The notes beneath the pieces were generated by a model. The model was given only the letters and a program-made list of their open reading frames with translations, was not told the origin of the DNA and ran no database searches. Shown here in pieces: positions 20,276 through 31,158 of a stretch of 64,000 bases of DNA. How positions within the stretch are numbered: the first letter of the stretch is position 1; each line of letters begins with the position of its first letter. Location: assembly GCA_963848135.1 (NCBI GenBank), contig CAWKCK010000007.1, positions 68,121 through 132,120 of the forward strand, read 5' to 3'. This stretch comes from an uncultured delta proteobacterium. Its GTDB lineage: Bacteria; Desulfobacterota; Desulfobacteria; Desulfobacterales; SG8-13. A program made the translations under genes and the position numbers.

Positions 20276-20605
20276 ATGGCATATAATGAAAAAATTGACA
20301 TGAGAATCCGCAGCGCCGTGTCCAACTGGCGGCGCACCGACGCCCGTAAGATGTTCGGCGGTGTCTGCCACCTGTTGAACGGTAACATGTTCTGCGGCGT
20401 CTACAAGGACTATCTGATCCTTCGTCTTGGAAAAGAAAAAGCCCAAACCGCTCTGAAAGTACCGCACGTAAGGCCATTTGACATTACGGGCAAACCGATG
20501 GCCGGTTGGGTCATGGTCGGTGTCGAGGGGTTTGAACACGAAGCGGAACTCGAGGATTGGCTGGGACAGGCAAGGGCCTTTGCCGAGTCTCTGCCGCCAA
20601 AGTAA
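20276..20605 (+). CDS. TfoX/Sxy N-terminal-domain protein
   Basis: MAYNEKID...RKMFGGVCHLLNGNMFCGV...PFDITGKPMAGWVMV. Confidence 0.85.
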   Translation: MAYNEKIDMRIRSAVSNWRRTDARKMFGGVCHLLNGNMFCGVYKDYLILRLGKEKAQTALKVPHVRPFDITGKPMAGWVMVGVEGFEHEAELEDWLGQARAFAESLPPK

Positions 20606-20617
20606 TCCCCTGACGCT

Positions 20618-20854
20618 ATGTATTGGCTGATACTGGTTATTTCACTGTTTCCGCTTCTGGGCTTCATTATATTGGGCATCTTTCTGCTCTACTCGGCTGT
20701 TTCCGGTCGGGGGATGGCAGCGCCCGAACCGGAAGCACCTTTTGTCGTTCACCTGCGGTACAAGCTGCGCGGCCTCATCGGCTTGGTATTCACCTGTGCG
20801 GCAACCTACTCGCTGTATAAAATGATCATTCTTGGCCTGGCAGACCTGAAATAA
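20618..20854 (+). CDS. Small hypothetical membrane protein (2 TM)
   Basis: Two hydrophobic helices; tightly spaced within a co-oriented run. Confidence 0.55.
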   Translation: MYWLILVISLFPLLGFIILGIFLLYSAVSGRGMAAPEPEAPFVVHLRYKLRGLIGLVFTCAATYSLYKMIILGLADLK

Positions 20855-20897
20855 GGCCTGCAAAAATGGAGCAGTCGCAGCACAAAACAAAGTCATT

Positions 20898-22097
20898 ATG
20901 AATTCAGTATCCGGAACGGTTTTCCTCAAAACAGGCCGGGATCAATCTCTGCGCCGACGTCACCCATGGATATTCTCCGGTGCGATAGAGCGCGTAACCC
21001 CGGCAGTCGCAACCGGTCAAACGGTGCAAGTACTGTCGCCGGACGGCGATTTTATGGCAACGGGTTCTTTTTCCCCTGAGTCCCAGATCAGGGTGCGTGT
21101 CTGGTCCTTCGATCCGACAGTGGAAATCGATGCGCCGTTTTTCAGGAATCGCCTGGCACAGTCGCTTCACGCCCGGCAGCGGATCATGACCGAGAACAGA
21201 TATTCGGCCCTCCGCCTGGTAAACGCTGAATCTGACGGGTTGCCCGGACTCGTCGTTGATCGGTATGCAGACTACCTTGTGTGTCAGTTTCACTCTGCCG
21301 GCGCCGAATCTTGGAAAACCGTGATCGTGCAACAGTTGGTCGATCTGATGTCTGTGTCGGGTATATTTGAACGCTCGGAGGGCAGTGGACGAACCAAAGA
21401 GGGACTCGCTCCGGCGAGCGGTCTCCTTTGGGGACAGGAGCCACCGGAATGGATCGAAGTTCGGGAAGGCCCATTACGTTTACTGGTGGATGTTCGCCAA
21501 GGTCACAAGACGGGAATGTATTTGGATCAACGGGAAAACCGGTCATTGGCCGGCAGGTTAACCGAGGGCGCAGAAGTGCTCAACTGTTTCGCCTACACGG
21601 GGGGATTCGGCTTGCATTGCCTGCTCGCTGGCGCCGAAAGCGTGGTAAATGTCGAAACATCTTCCGACGCCTTGACGACCCTGCTCCGGCAGGTGGAATT
21701 GAACGGTTTCGACATCAGCGCGGTTGAGAACATCAATGCGGATGTATTCACGACACTTCGCTCCTTCCGTGATTCCCGGCGAAGTTTCGATTTGATCATT
21801 CTGGATCCCCCGAAGTTCGCCGGCTCCCGACACCAGGTAGACCGGGCGGCGCGGGGGTATAAAGACATCAACCTTCTGGCCTTAAAATTGATCCGGCCGG
21901 GGGGCACCTTGTTAACCTTTTCATGTTCAGGTCATGTCAATACCGCCCTCTTTCAGAAAATCACGGCTGATGCCGCTCTCGATGCCGGACGCAAGGTGCA
22001 GATTCTGCAGCATCTCGAACAACCGCCCGACCATGCCGTGTCACTTAATTTTCCTGAGGGTGCTTACCTGAAGGGTTTAATTTGCCGGGTTTGGTAG
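20898..22097 (+). CDS. rlmI: 23S rRNA m5C1962 methyltransferase RlmI-like
   Basis: RRHPWIFSGAI (PUA), NAESDGLPGL, GHKTGMYLDQRENR, FAYTGGF, LDPPKF and YLKGL motifs. Confidence 0.9.
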   Translation: MNSVSGTVFLKTGRDQSLRRRHPWIFSGAIERVTPAVATGQTVQVLSPDGDFMATGSFSPESQIRVRVWSFDPTVEIDAPFFRNRLAQSLHARQRIMTENRYSALRLVNAESDGLPGLVVDRYADYLVCQFHSAGAESWKTVIVQQLVDLMSVSGIFERSEGSGRTKEGLAPASGLLWGQEPPEWIEVREGPLRLLVDVRQGHKTGMYLDQRENRSLAGRLTEGAEVLNCFAYTGGFGLHCLLAGAESVVNVETSSDALTTLLRQVELNGFDISAVENINADVFTTLRSFRDSRRSFDLIILDPPKFAGSRHQVDRAARGYKDINLLALKLIRPGGTLLTFSCSGHVNTALFQKITADAALDAGRKVQILQHLEQPPDHAVSLNFPEGAYLKGLICRVW

Positions 22098-22255
22098 GTT
22101 GGGTCCGCATTCGATGCGTCTATCGTTTCAGATATTTAGCGTTTAGAATCTTGCTTTCACCCCTTTCAAAGTGACGTCCTGCGGCGATCCACTCTGAGAG
22201 GGGAGAATTTCTCCAACACAGCTTTGCGTGCAACACCATCATCATAGAGGAAATT

Positions 22256-23155
22256 ATGCCAGATATACCTCAAAGTGACCTACAATTCGCCGAAACCAAC
22301 AACGTGACAATCGCATATGACACCTTTGGTAAAGAGGGGGATACCCCCCTGCTGCTGATCATGGGGCTTGGATCCCAGATGGTCCTCTGGGATGAAGATT
22401 TCTGCCGCCAACTGGCGTCCAAAGGCTATCGCGTCATCCGGTTTGACAATCGTGACATCGGACTGTCGACGGCATTCAACCATATGGCGGTTCCCGATCT
22501 GACGGTCATAACTCAAGCCCTGTTGCGCGGCGAAGTTCCTTGGTTGCCGTATACCCTTGAGGATATGGCCCGGGATGCGGTAGCGCTGCTCGAGGCTCTG
22601 GGTCACCAAAGCGCCCATATCGTGGGAGAATCGATGGGGGGCATGATTGGGCAGATCATGGCCGTACATTTTTCCGAGCATCTGCGCACTCTGACCTCCA
22701 TTATGTCTTCCACCGGAGATCCGGGCCTTCCCCCCCCCAATCCGGAAGTACTGAAAATCCTCTACGCACCCTTTCCCACCGATCGACCGGGCTATATCGA
22801 CGCCTTCGTCAGGGCCTTTCAAGCCTTGAGTGGACCGGTCTTGCCCGTTGATAATGTCCGCGCCCGGAAGTGGGCCGAAAAGTCATTCGATCGTGGTCTG
22901 AACCCGCCCGGCGTCACCCGCCAATACGCCGCCATCCTCGCGGCAGGCGACCGAACGGCCGAGTTGAACACCATTTCTGTACCGACCCTGGTTGTCCATG
23001 GAGACCAAGATCCCCTGATGCCGCTCGAATGCGGCCGAGCAACGGCTGCGGCTATCCCGGGAGCCCGTCTGAAAATCATTGAAGGTATGGGGCACGCGCT
23101 ACCAGAAGCCGTCTGGCCGCAGGTCATCGCGGCCATCGCCGACCATGCGGTCTGA
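22256..23155 (+). CDS. Alpha/beta fold hydrolase
   Basis: IRFDNRDIGLS, GESMGG nucleophile elbow, HGDQDPL and GMGHAL. Confidence 0.92.
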   Translation: MPDIPQSDLQFAETNNVTIAYDTFGKEGDTPLLLIMGLGSQMVLWDEDFCRQLASKGYRVIRFDNRDIGLSTAFNHMAVPDLTVITQALLRGEVPWLPYTLEDMARDAVALLEALGHQSAHIVGESMGGMIGQIMAVHFSEHLRTLTSIMSSTGDPGLPPPNPEVLKILYAPFPTDRPGYIDAFVRAFQALSGPVLPVDNVRARKWAEKSFDRGLNPPGVTRQYAAILAAGDRTAELNTISVPTLVVHGDQDPLMPLECGRATAAAIPGARLKIIEGMGHALPEAVWPQVIAAIADHAV

Positions 23156-23289
23156 AACCCTTTCAGGACTTATCCCGAAGGGCGGAAATAATCATTATCT
23201 GAACCATGACGAAGCGGAATATCCGCCGAATAGCGTTCATCCGCGAATAATAGATGGCACCAATCAAACAGCAGAACTGGAGATAAGCC

Positions 23290-24972
23290 ATGGCCAAGAT
23301 TAAGATAAACAGATTCAGTGAACGGATCACCCAACCCCGGTCTCAGGGCGCCTCTCAGGCCATGCTTTACGGTACCGGCCTGACCGATGCCGACATGGCC
23401 AAGGCTCAGATCGGCATCGGCACCATGTGGTTCGAAGGCAACACCTGCAACATGCACCTCAACCGCCTTGCAGCTGCGGCAAAAGAAGGGGTTGAAGCCA
23501 CCGGCTTGGTTGGTATGCGGTTCAATACCATTGGCGTCAGTGACGGCATAGCGATGGGAACCGAAGGGATGAGTTATTCTCTGCCGTCGCGGGATTTGAT
23601 CGCCGACTCCATCGAAACCATGATGCGGGCCCATTGGTATGATGCCGCTATCTCCATACCCGGATGTGACAAAAATATGCCCGGGTGCATGATCGCAATG
23701 GGCAGACTCAATCGCCCGTCGCTGATGATCTACGGCGGCACCATTCGGGCCGGTCGGCACGACGGCCGTAGTATCGACATCGTATCGGCCTTTCAAAGTT
23801 ATGGCGAATACCTGGCGGGAATCATCGACGACGACGTCCGGCGAACCATCATCAAAAACAGCTGCCCCGGCCCCGGGGCCTGCGGCGGGATGTACACGGC
23901 CAACACTATGGCCTCAGCCATCGAGGCCATGGGCATGAGCCTGCCATACAGTTCGAGTACTCCGGCCGAATCGGAAGCGAAACTCGCGGAGTGCCGGCAG
24001 GCCGGCGAAACCATTCGCCGTCTGATGGAAAAGGACATAAAACCTGTCGACATCATGACACAAAAGGCATTTGAAAACGCGATAACGGTGGTTGTCGCCC
24101 TCGGGGGAAGCACAAACGCCGTTTTGCACTTGATTGCCATGGCCCGGGCGGTGGGCGTCCCTCTAAGTTTGGAAGATTTTCAGAAAGTCAGTGACCGGGT
24201 ACCGTTTTTGGCCGACCTCAAGCCCAGCGGACGGTTTGTGCAGGAGGATCTGCACCGGGCTGGCGGCTTGCCGGCCGTCATGCGGCGCCTGTTGAAAGCC
24301 GCTTTGCTGCACGGGGACTGCCTGACAGTCACCGGAAAAAGCCTGGCGGAAAACCTGGACGGCCTGCCGGATCTTGAGGACGGACAGGAAATCATTCGTT
24401 CCCTGAAAGATCCGGTCAAGTCGACAGGACACCTGCAGATCCTTTACGGCAGCCTGGCCCCCGAAGGCGCCGTCGCCAAAATAACGGGAAAGGAAGGCAC
24501 ATATTTTGCGGGACCGGCCAAAGTTTATGATTCCGAGGAAGCGATGCTCCAGGCGCTTGAAGACGGTCGCATATACAAAGGTGACGTCATCATCATCCGT
24601 TACGAAGGCCCCCGGGGAGGCCCTGGGATGCCGGAAATGCTGACACCGACATCGGCCATAATGGGGGCCGGACTGGGGGCGGATGTCGCCCTTCTGACCG
24701 ATGGCCGATTCTCAGGCGGATCACACGGGTTTATCGTCGGTCACATCTGTCCCGAAGCTCAGGACGGCGGCCCCATCGCCTTGGTCGTAGACGGTGACCG
24801 GATCACAATCGATGCCGAAAAAAACCGAATCGATCTTAATGTGGACGATAGTGTTCTGGCTGAAAGGCGTGCCCAATGGAAGGCACCGCCGTTCAAGGTG
24901 AACCGGGGAACGCTGTATCGCTATATCAAGAACGTGCGGTCGGCTTCGGAGGGGTGTGTCACCGATGAATAG
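23290..24972 (+). CDS. ilvD: Dihydroxy-acid dehydratase
   Basis: [49 protein letters not shown] and TDGRFSG motifs. Confidence 0.97.
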   Translation: MAKIKINRFSERITQPRSQGASQAMLYGTGLTDADMAKAQIGIGTMWFEGNTCNMHLNRLAAAAKEGVEATGLVGMRFNTIGVSDGIAMGTEGMSYSLPSRDLIADSIETMMRAHWYDAAISIPGCDKNMPGCMIAMGRLNRPSLMIYGGTIRAGRHDGRSIDIVSAFQSYGEYLAGIIDDDVRRTIIKNSCPGPGACGGMYTANTMASAIEAMGMSLPYSSSTPAESEAKLAECRQAGETIRRLMEKDIKPVDIMTQKAFENAITVVVALGGSTNAVLHLIAMARAVGVPLSLEDFQKVSDRVPFLADLKPSGRFVQEDLHRAGGLPAVMRRLLKAALLHGDCLTVTGKSLAENLDGLPDLEDGQEIIRSLKDPVKSTGHLQILYGSLAPEGAVAKITGKEGTYFAGPAKVYDSEEAMLQALEDGRIYKGDVIIIRYEGPRGGPGMPEMLTPTSAIMGAGLGADVALLTDGRFSGGSHGFIVGHICPEAQDGGPIALVVDGDRITIDAEKNRIDLNVDDSVLAERRAQWKAPPFKVNRGTLYRYIKNVRSASEGCVTDE

Positions 24973-25115
24973 AAGTGTTTTCAAAACCCCATCTAACACC
25001 CAATTACTGTGTTGTGGCCCTCCTCAAAATACTCGCATACGCTCATGTATGCTGCGTTTTTTCGTCGGCCCACGCCTTGTACTTGGGCGTGATCTAAGGT
25101 TTTGAAAACACTTCT
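24971..25115. repeat. Palindromic MITE-like element overlapping the ilvD stop codon
   Basis: Perfect 18-bp TIR AGAAGTGTTTTCAAAACC / GGTTTTGAAAACACTTCT; internal hairpin GCATAC-GCTCAT-GTATGC. Related to the 32848 and 47410 elements. Confidence 0.8.
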
Positions 25116-25331
25116 TAACCGGGTTTAAAATTTCCTTGGTTTCTAATAAAGAAGTTGGGCCTATACACGCTTGGCTCGATTGTAATTTGATCGTATGTCC
25201 GGCGAGTGGCCAATCTTGTACTATTTGACTCGACTGGCGCATTAGCCTGAGTTTTCAAAATTGGATCATCTCCAAAAAAGTTGGTGTTTTTTGCGGGTTT
25301 ATTATTCATATCTTATTAAGATAAAAGTATA

Positions 25332-25535
25332 AATTAACCGCAGACGCACGCAGACGTAAACGCAGACAAAACCTTTTACCCGGGCGACTTGCCCGGGTAA
25401 AAGGTGCATGCCTTTCAGGCAGAAAAGCGGATGGCCTCGCGCAGCGACTGCTTGTTTTGCCTCCGCAGGTCGCGGAGGCAAAAGTCTGTGTCCGTCAGCG
25501 TCTGTCGAGCGAGCGAAGTGAGCGGGTGGCTAATT
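25332..25535. repeat. Multi-hairpin repeat element
   Basis: CGCAGAC x3; perfect 15-bp stem 25371-25405; perfect 12-bp stem 25455-25483; ends AATTAACCGC...GGTGGCTAATT. Confidence 0.75.
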
Positions 25536-25698
25536 TAAGAACGCTATGATCCATGCATGAGCTTTGCATCAATTTACACCAACTAAATCGGAGAAGAACC
25601 TCAAAATTTAGCGAAGCGAGTCTAGCGCTGTGAGCCTCCCGAGGGCACAATTGGCGAAAACCGGTAAAAAACACAAAATTCAGTGAAGGTTCAAAGTT

Positions 25699-26460
25699 TT
25701 ACTTCTTCCTTTCAGAAAAATCGTCGAGTGCTTCTAACCGTTCCGGTGCAGAGACGGTTGCCAGACAGCACTCGACCTCGTAGTCCATTAGGGCTTCAAG
25801 GCTCACCTCGGAAGCCATATTCACCCCTTTTTTGATCAGCTTCACAGAGAAGGCGGAGTTCTTGGCAATTTTAGCGGCCAACTCGTATGTAAAGGACATC
25901 AGTTGTTCATCGGGCACGACGTGATTGACGAGTCCGATACGCGCGGCTTCGGCACCGGGTATATTTTCAGCTGTGAAGAAGATCTCTTTGGCTTTCCCCG
26001 GACCCACCAGATCGGAAAGCAATCGCATAGCCCCCCCGGTAACCGATGAAGACACACGCGCCTCGGGGGATCCGAACTGGGCGCTCTCGGCCGCAACCCG
26101 AAGGTCACAAGCAAGGGCCAATTCATACCCCGACCCCAAGGCGTAACCGTTAACAGCCGCAATCGTTACTTTGGGTAAGCGGATCAGTTGCCGGGAAATT
26201 TCCTGCAGGTGTTCCAGGTAGTCGCGATAGGCCGTAATCGTTCGTCCCTTCGAATCTTTGAGATCGGCGCCAGTAGAAAAAGCCCGCCCCTCCCCGGTGA
26301 GTACGAGTACTTTTAATCCTGGATCGGTAACCACATCTTCCAAAGCCGTCCGGAGATCGAGCCATAACTGTTTGTTCATGGCATTCAGCACCCTTGGTCG
26401 GTTCAGTTTGATTGTCGCGATATTCTCGGCTTTATCGTATACAATGCAATCAAAATTCAT
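25699..26460 (-). CDS. Enoyl-CoA hydratase/isomerase family protein
   Basis: LNRPRVLNAM, RAFSTGADL, AAVNGYALGSG, ELALACDLR and PEARV; SD AGGAG before ATG 26460. Confidence 0.95.
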   Translation of the reverse strand: MNFDCIVYDKAENIATIKLNRPRVLNAMNKQLWLDLRTALEDVVTDPGLKVLVLTGEGRAFSTGADLKDSKGRTITAYRDYLEHLQEISRQLIRLPKVTIAAVNGYALGSGYELALACDLRVAAESAQFGSPEARVSSSVTGGAMRLLSDLVGPGKAKEIFFTAENIPGAEAARIGLVNHVVPDEQLMSFTYELAAKIAKNSAFSVKLIKKGVNMASEVSLEALMDYEVECCLATVSAPERLEALDDFSERKK

Positions 26461-26527
26461 TTCTTCTCCTTTTAGTCTGCGATGCCCCCCTCCGGCGAAC
26501 GAATATTTGACAGACGACATAAATCGA

Positions 26528-28657
26528 TCAGGAAAGGATAATCCGGCAATCCACTATGGATACCCCTTTTTCGTGAACGATGACGGGGTTAAGGTCGATC
26601 TCCTGTATCCCTGGATGACACAGTGACAGTTGCGCCAGTTTTAGAATTGTATCCGTTATGGCGGCGATGTCCCGTGGGGCTTCTCCGCGAACGCCGGTAA
26701 GCACGCGGTAGCCTTTGATCTCGCGGATCATTTCGTCGATATCGTCGGTGGTCAGCGGTGCCACCCGGAATGATACATCCTTGAGAACTTCAACGAAAAT
26801 GCCGCCGATCCCGAACATCAGAACGGGACCAAAAATTGGATCTGTGGTCATACCAACGATGCACTCCCGGCCTTTGGCCGCCATGGGTGTAACAAGCACA
26901 CCGGCGATTCGATCGGGGTCTGTCACGACCTTGGCCTTGTCCATGATATCGGTAAAGGCCACCCTTACGTCCGCATCGTTGCCGAGATTTATCTTTACCC
27001 CCCCGATATCTGACTTGTGCAAGATATCCGGGCTCACAATTTTTAGCACCACCGGATAGCCGACCCTGCCGGCGATCCGGGCGGCTTCCGCCTCGGTCTT
27101 TGCCAGTTCACCAGGAAGCACGGGTAAATCATAGGCCTTGAGAAGGCGAATACCCTCGGGCTCGAGCAGACTCGAACGCCCCTGCCCGCGGGCAGATGCG
27201 AGGACCTCCACGGCGTCAGTTCGTGGTTTGAAATTTTCGGATGGTGCCGGTCGACTCTGTCGCTTTTCATTCGCCTCGTAGTAGCGCATCAAAGCCGCCA
27301 TGCAATGCACAGCTCTTTCAGGTCCATCGAAGACAGGGATGCCATTTTCCTTCAAGATGTCGAATGTCGGGTAGGGCGCAGCGGCAAAACTCGTATTGAT
27401 CACAAGCGGTTTTTGGTAACGCCTGACGAGTTCAGACAATTCTCTGGCCGTCTCTTCCTCCAACTCAGCCACATGCGGGGCGATAATGTCACGGAAGCCA
27501 CCGAAGAACCCGGTTATATAGATACCGTCGACGGTATCATCCTCCATGCACACTTTGCAGCACTCGGTAATCATGTGAGGATTTTCTTCGGCGGTGCCGC
27601 CGTAATCGATAGGGTTCGATGCGGGCATGCCTTTTAATATAAAAGGACGGATATTGTCCTGGGTCGTTTGGGAAAAAACGGGAACGTCCAAACCGTAGCG
27701 TTCGGCATTATCGGCGGCAACCGAATTGTCGCCACCGCCTTCTGAAAGAATTGCCAAACGTCTACCACGAGGCGCGGGGCACGATTGGAAGACATTGGCA
27801 ATGTCGAAGAGTTCATCGGGATTTGAAACCCGAACGATCCCAGCCTGGCGGAAGGCAGCATCCACCAGGGCATCGTCTCCTGCCATGGAGCCGGTGTGAG
27901 ACGCAGCGGCCCGCGCTCCGGCACTTGTCCGACCGACTTTAAGGGCAACGATCGGTTTGACCTTGGTCACCTCTCTGGCAACACGGACGAACTCGTTGCC
28001 TTCTTTAATCCCTTCAAGGTACATGGCGATGACTTTTGTATCCGGGTCTTGGCCGAGGTAGGCGACATATTCATGCAACGCCACGCCGATGGCATTGCCG
28101 GCACTGATTATTTTGCTGAATCCCCCGCCCTTGACCTTGGCGTAATGGGTGAGGGAGTCGATGATGTTTCCGCTTTGGGCCAGGACTGCCATGTGCCCTT
28201 TAGCGATTCCGGGGATTCCGAGGATATTCATTGAAACGCCGGCACTGAACATACCGCTGCAGTTGGGGCCAATCACATAAACCCCTGCCTCGCGCGCCAT
28301 ACGCAGAATTTCAGCCTCGATCACTTTTCCCTCGGCACCGCTCTCTCCCAGCCCGGCCGTAATGATCACGATCCCCTTGGCGCCTTTACGTATGCTGCCA
28401 GCGACGGCATCCAAGATGAATCTGGCAGGCACCACGATCATCACGAGGTCGGCCTCGCCGTCGATGTCAGCTATGTTCGGGTAAGCTTTTAATCCGAAGA
28501 GTTGGTCCCGTTTCGGATTAATGGGGTAGATCTTGCCGGAAAAACGGCTCTCCACGAGACTCCGGGTCCGTCTTTCCCCAGCCTTGCCGGGAACTTCCGA
28601 CGCACCGATGATGGCCACAGATTTGGGGTTGAGAACCTCGTTCAACGGATGAGTCAT
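26528..28657 (-). CDS. Acetate/acyl-CoA ligase (ADP-forming), fused alpha/beta
   Basis: PKSVAIIGAS, GPNCSG, AQSGN, SHTGSMAG (phospho-His), NPIDYGG; ATP-grasp HKSDIGGV and EIDLNP. Confidence 0.93.
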   Translation of the reverse strand: MTHPLNEVLNPKSVAIIGASEVPGKAGERRTRSLVESRFSGKIYPINPKRDQLFGLKAYPNIADIDGEADLVMIVVPARFILDAVAGSIRKGAKGIVIITAGLGESGAEGKVIEAEILRMAREAGVYVIGPNCSGMFSAGVSMNILGIPGIAKGHMAVLAQSGNIIDSLTHYAKVKGGGFSKIISAGNAIGVALHEYVAYLGQDPDTKVIAMYLEGIKEGNEFVRVAREVTKVKPIVALKVGRTSAGARAAASHTGSMAGDDALVDAAFRQAGIVRVSNPDELFDIANVFQSCPAPRGRRLAILSEGGGDNSVAADNAERYGLDVPVFSQTTQDNIRPFILKGMPASNPIDYGGTAEENPHMITECCKVCMEDDTVDGIYITGFFGGFRDIIAPHVAELEEETARELSELVRRYQKPLVINTSFAAAPYPTFDILKENGIPVFDGPERAVHCMAALMRYYEANEKRQSRPAPSENFKPRTDAVEVLASARGQGRSSLLEPEGIRLLKAYDLPVLPGELAKTEAEAARIAGRVGYPVVLKIVSPDILHKSDIGGVKINLGNDADVRVAFTDIMDKAKVVTDPDRIAGVLVTPMAAKGRECIVGMTTDPIFGPVLMFGIGGIFVEVLKDVSFRVAPLTTDDIDEMIREIKGYRVLTGVRGEAPRDIAAITDTILKLAQLSLCHPGIQEIDLNPVIVHEKGVSIVDCRIILS

Positions 28658-29092
28658 AGCGGTCTCCTAATAAGTGGTGGGCACCTGATGACGCCCGATA
28701 AATAATAGCGCGCACCCTTTTACGAACAGTATAATTATATGAACAGTCAGGGAATTTTCGTTACCCTTGTAGAGGAAGGGCTGATCAGCGATTTCAGCGC
28801 GCAAACTCGTGCCTAAGGCAGCATCGAAAGCAAAATAAAACGGGAAGGCTGGCAGTGCGTGAGGGTTTCCCGCCCGTCTCTATCTCATGGTATCTATCTA
28901 ACAGACGCCTGTCTGTCAACTCCCCGGAATCCAGCGTTAAGCATGACATTCAGCATTTCCGGAAAGTGGCTCCTCGTATTTGACAACTGCAGATATACTC
29001 TTATTTTGACTCCAATTACAATATCCGGCCCATCAATTTCCTTCACTCTGGCAAAAAGATAATCTATAACAAGTAAAGGAGGATCGCTCGAC

Positions 29093-29917
29093 ATGAATAT
29101 CAACTTGGAAAGAATCTGGGAACTGGTCGTCGTTTGGGGAATCAAGGTCATTGCAGCAATAGCCATCTTCGTAATCGGTTTCTGGGTCGCCAAGCTCTTC
29201 AGGAAAATCATTGAAAAAGTCCTCGCAAACCGCAACGTGGATCCTACCATCGGCTCCTTCGTTGCCAGCCTTGCGTATTATGCATTGCTGGCCTTTGTGG
29301 TCCTGGCATCGCTTGGCCAGCTCGGCATACAAACGACGTCATTTATTGCCATCATCGGTGCCGCCGGTCTGGCTGTCGGCTTGGCGCTGCAGGGCTCTCT
29401 GGCAAATTTCGCGGCCGGATTTCTGATGATCATCTTCCGGCCCTTCAAGGTCGGTGACATTATCGACGGCGCCGGAACTTCAGGCACCGTGGAAAAAATT
29501 CAGATATTCACCACCCAGCTGCTAACGCCCGACAACAAAACAGTCATCATTCCCAACGCCAGCCTGACAGCTGGAAACATCATCAATTATTCTACGACAG
29601 GAAAGCGCCGGGTCGACATGGTATTCGGCATCGGCTACGAAGACGACATAGACAAAGCCAAACAGATCATTTTAGAAGCCATCTCCGCCGACGAACGCGT
29701 TTTTAAAGACCCGGCACCCACCGTTGCCGTATCCGAACTGGCGGATAGCAGCGTCAACTTCGTAGCCCGACCCTGGGTCAATACATCTGACTACTGGGGG
29801 GTTTATTTCGCACTGACCGAAACGATAAAAAAGCGATTTGACCAGGAAGGAATCTCCATCCCCTTTCCTCAGAGAGATGTTCACGTATACGAACACAAAA
29901 CCGAATCAGCCGCCTGA
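29093..29917 (+). CDS. mscS: Small-conductance mechanosensitive channel
   Basis: GAAGLAVGLALQGSLANFAAG, RPFKVGD, IIPN and IPFPQRDV motifs. Confidence 0.95.
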   Translation: MNINLERIWELVVVWGIKVIAAIAIFVIGFWVAKLFRKIIEKVLANRNVDPTIGSFVASLAYYALLAFVVLASLGQLGIQTTSFIAIIGAAGLAVGLALQGSLANFAAGFLMIIFRPFKVGDIIDGAGTSGTVEKIQIFTTQLLTPDNKTVIIPNASLTAGNIINYSTTGKRRVDMVFGIGYEDDIDKAKQIILEAISADERVFKDPAPTVAVSELADSSVNFVARPWVNTSDYWGVYFALTETIKKRFDQEGISIPFPQRDVHVYEHKTESAA

Positions 29918-29953
29918 AGTGATATGGAAACCAACTGAGGCCAAGAGTGATGC

Positions 29954-29985
29954 GCGGGGCGCCATAGTGGGCGCCCTTGCTTTTT
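29954..29985 (+). terminator. Rho-independent terminator after mscS
   Basis: GC-rich stem (GGGGCGCC/GGCGCCCT) followed shortly by TTTTT. Confidence 0.6.
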
Positions 29986-30021
29986 GCGCCATCAAGCCCA
30001 TGGACTCTCAGGAGTTAACAT

Positions 30022-30777
30022 ATGTCGTCATCCTACTCTGAGATCGCGAAACTTCTGCTCTCAAAGCAAGAATGTGTTGTGCTATCCGGGGCCGGAATTT
30101 CGGCCGAGAGTGGTATACCGACCTTCCGCACAAAAGGAGGGCTTTGGGAAAAATACGACCCGGCAGTGTACGCCTCCATCGAGGTGTTTCGTAGAGACCC
30201 GTCAAAATACTGGCAGATCCGGGGAGATTTCATCCGGGACTACGAAACTTATGAACCTAACGCCGCCCACCGGGCACTGGTTGAACTGGAGCAGATGGGA
30301 ATCGTACGCCAGGTGATTACCCAGAATATCGACGGCCTGCATCGGAAAGCCGGCAGCCGGAGTGTCATCGAAATACACGGAAGTCTGCGGGAAATCATCT
30401 GCCAGCAGTGCGCTAAGATTTATTTGGCCCCACACATCCCTGAAGGCAGCCCGCCGTATTGTTCATCCTGCAAAGGGGTTCTCAAACCCAACACGGTTCT
30501 TTTCGGCGAACAATTGCCTCCCGCGGCGCTGGAGACAGCTATACTCGAATCGAGCACATGCAAGGTCATGCTGCTCATCGGTACTTCGGCAGTTGTCTAT
30601 CCCGCTGCCCAACTGCCGGTGGTCGCCAAACAGCACGGCGCAAAAATCGTTGAAATTAATATCGAAAGGGCATTTGGGGATGCTGATCACATCGTTCTCG
30701 AAAAGGCCGGAAAGGCCATGTCACGCATTCTGGAATCTGTGAAGGACCTCCGGAACGGCAACCGGAAGTCTTCATGA
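30022..30777 (+). CDS. cobB: NAD-dependent protein deacylase (sirtuin)
   Basis: GAGISAESGIPTFR, TQNIDGLH, HGS, CQQC...CSSC, LKPNTVLFGE, GTS and EIN motifs. Confidence 0.95.
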   Translation: MSSSYSEIAKLLLSKQECVVLSGAGISAESGIPTFRTKGGLWEKYDPAVYASIEVFRRDPSKYWQIRGDFIRDYETYEPNAAHRALVELEQMGIVRQVITQNIDGLHRKAGSRSVIEIHGSLREIICQQCAKIYLAPHIPEGSPPYCSSCKGVLKPNTVLFGEQLPPAALETAILESSTCKVMLLIGTSAVVYPAAQLPVVAKQHGAKIVEINIERAFGDADHIVLEKAGKAMSRILESVKDLRNGNRKSS

Positions 30778-30781
30778 CATA

Positions 30782-31141
30782 TTGGGGTTCGATCGCAATC
30801 TTGATCTGAACCAGGAGATACCTTTGTTTTCGAAGAAAACGCCCCCAAAGCAAAACATGGTTCTGTTCGACCATGATCGTGACGGGATATTTATCCACAG
30901 TGACTGCCTGAGGGAACGGCCATTCACCATCGGCGACCGCTTTAGTATCCACAAGGGCAAGCGCGAACTGTTTTCACTTAAGATCAAAAAGGACGAGCAG
31001 GGAGATATTCTACTGGACAAGAATGGGATTTTCATAAAGCGGAGCAAACGGGTGGATATTCTTCTCGGCGGAATATATGATGCGTTCCTCATCGAATTTC
31101 CATACGACGCGCCCGAGGCAATCATCATCCGGCCGCGATAA
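30782..31141 (+). CDS. Hypothetical protein
   Basis: Fills the gap between cobB and SMUG1 with 4-5 nt spacing. No recognisable motif; start uncertain. Confidence 0.55.
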   Translation: MGFDRNLDLNQEIPLFSKKTPPKQNMVLFDHDRDGIFIHSDCLRERPFTIGDRFSIHKGKRELFSLKIKKDEQGDILLDKNGIFIKRSKRVDILLGGIYDAFLIEFPYDAPEAIIIRPR

Positions 31142-31158
31142 AACGCTTGATTTCGAAA

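Noticed and set aside
25115-25309. 64-aa ORF between the palindromic elements
   Set aside because: No SD or family motif, and it is embedded in repeat-rich DNA.
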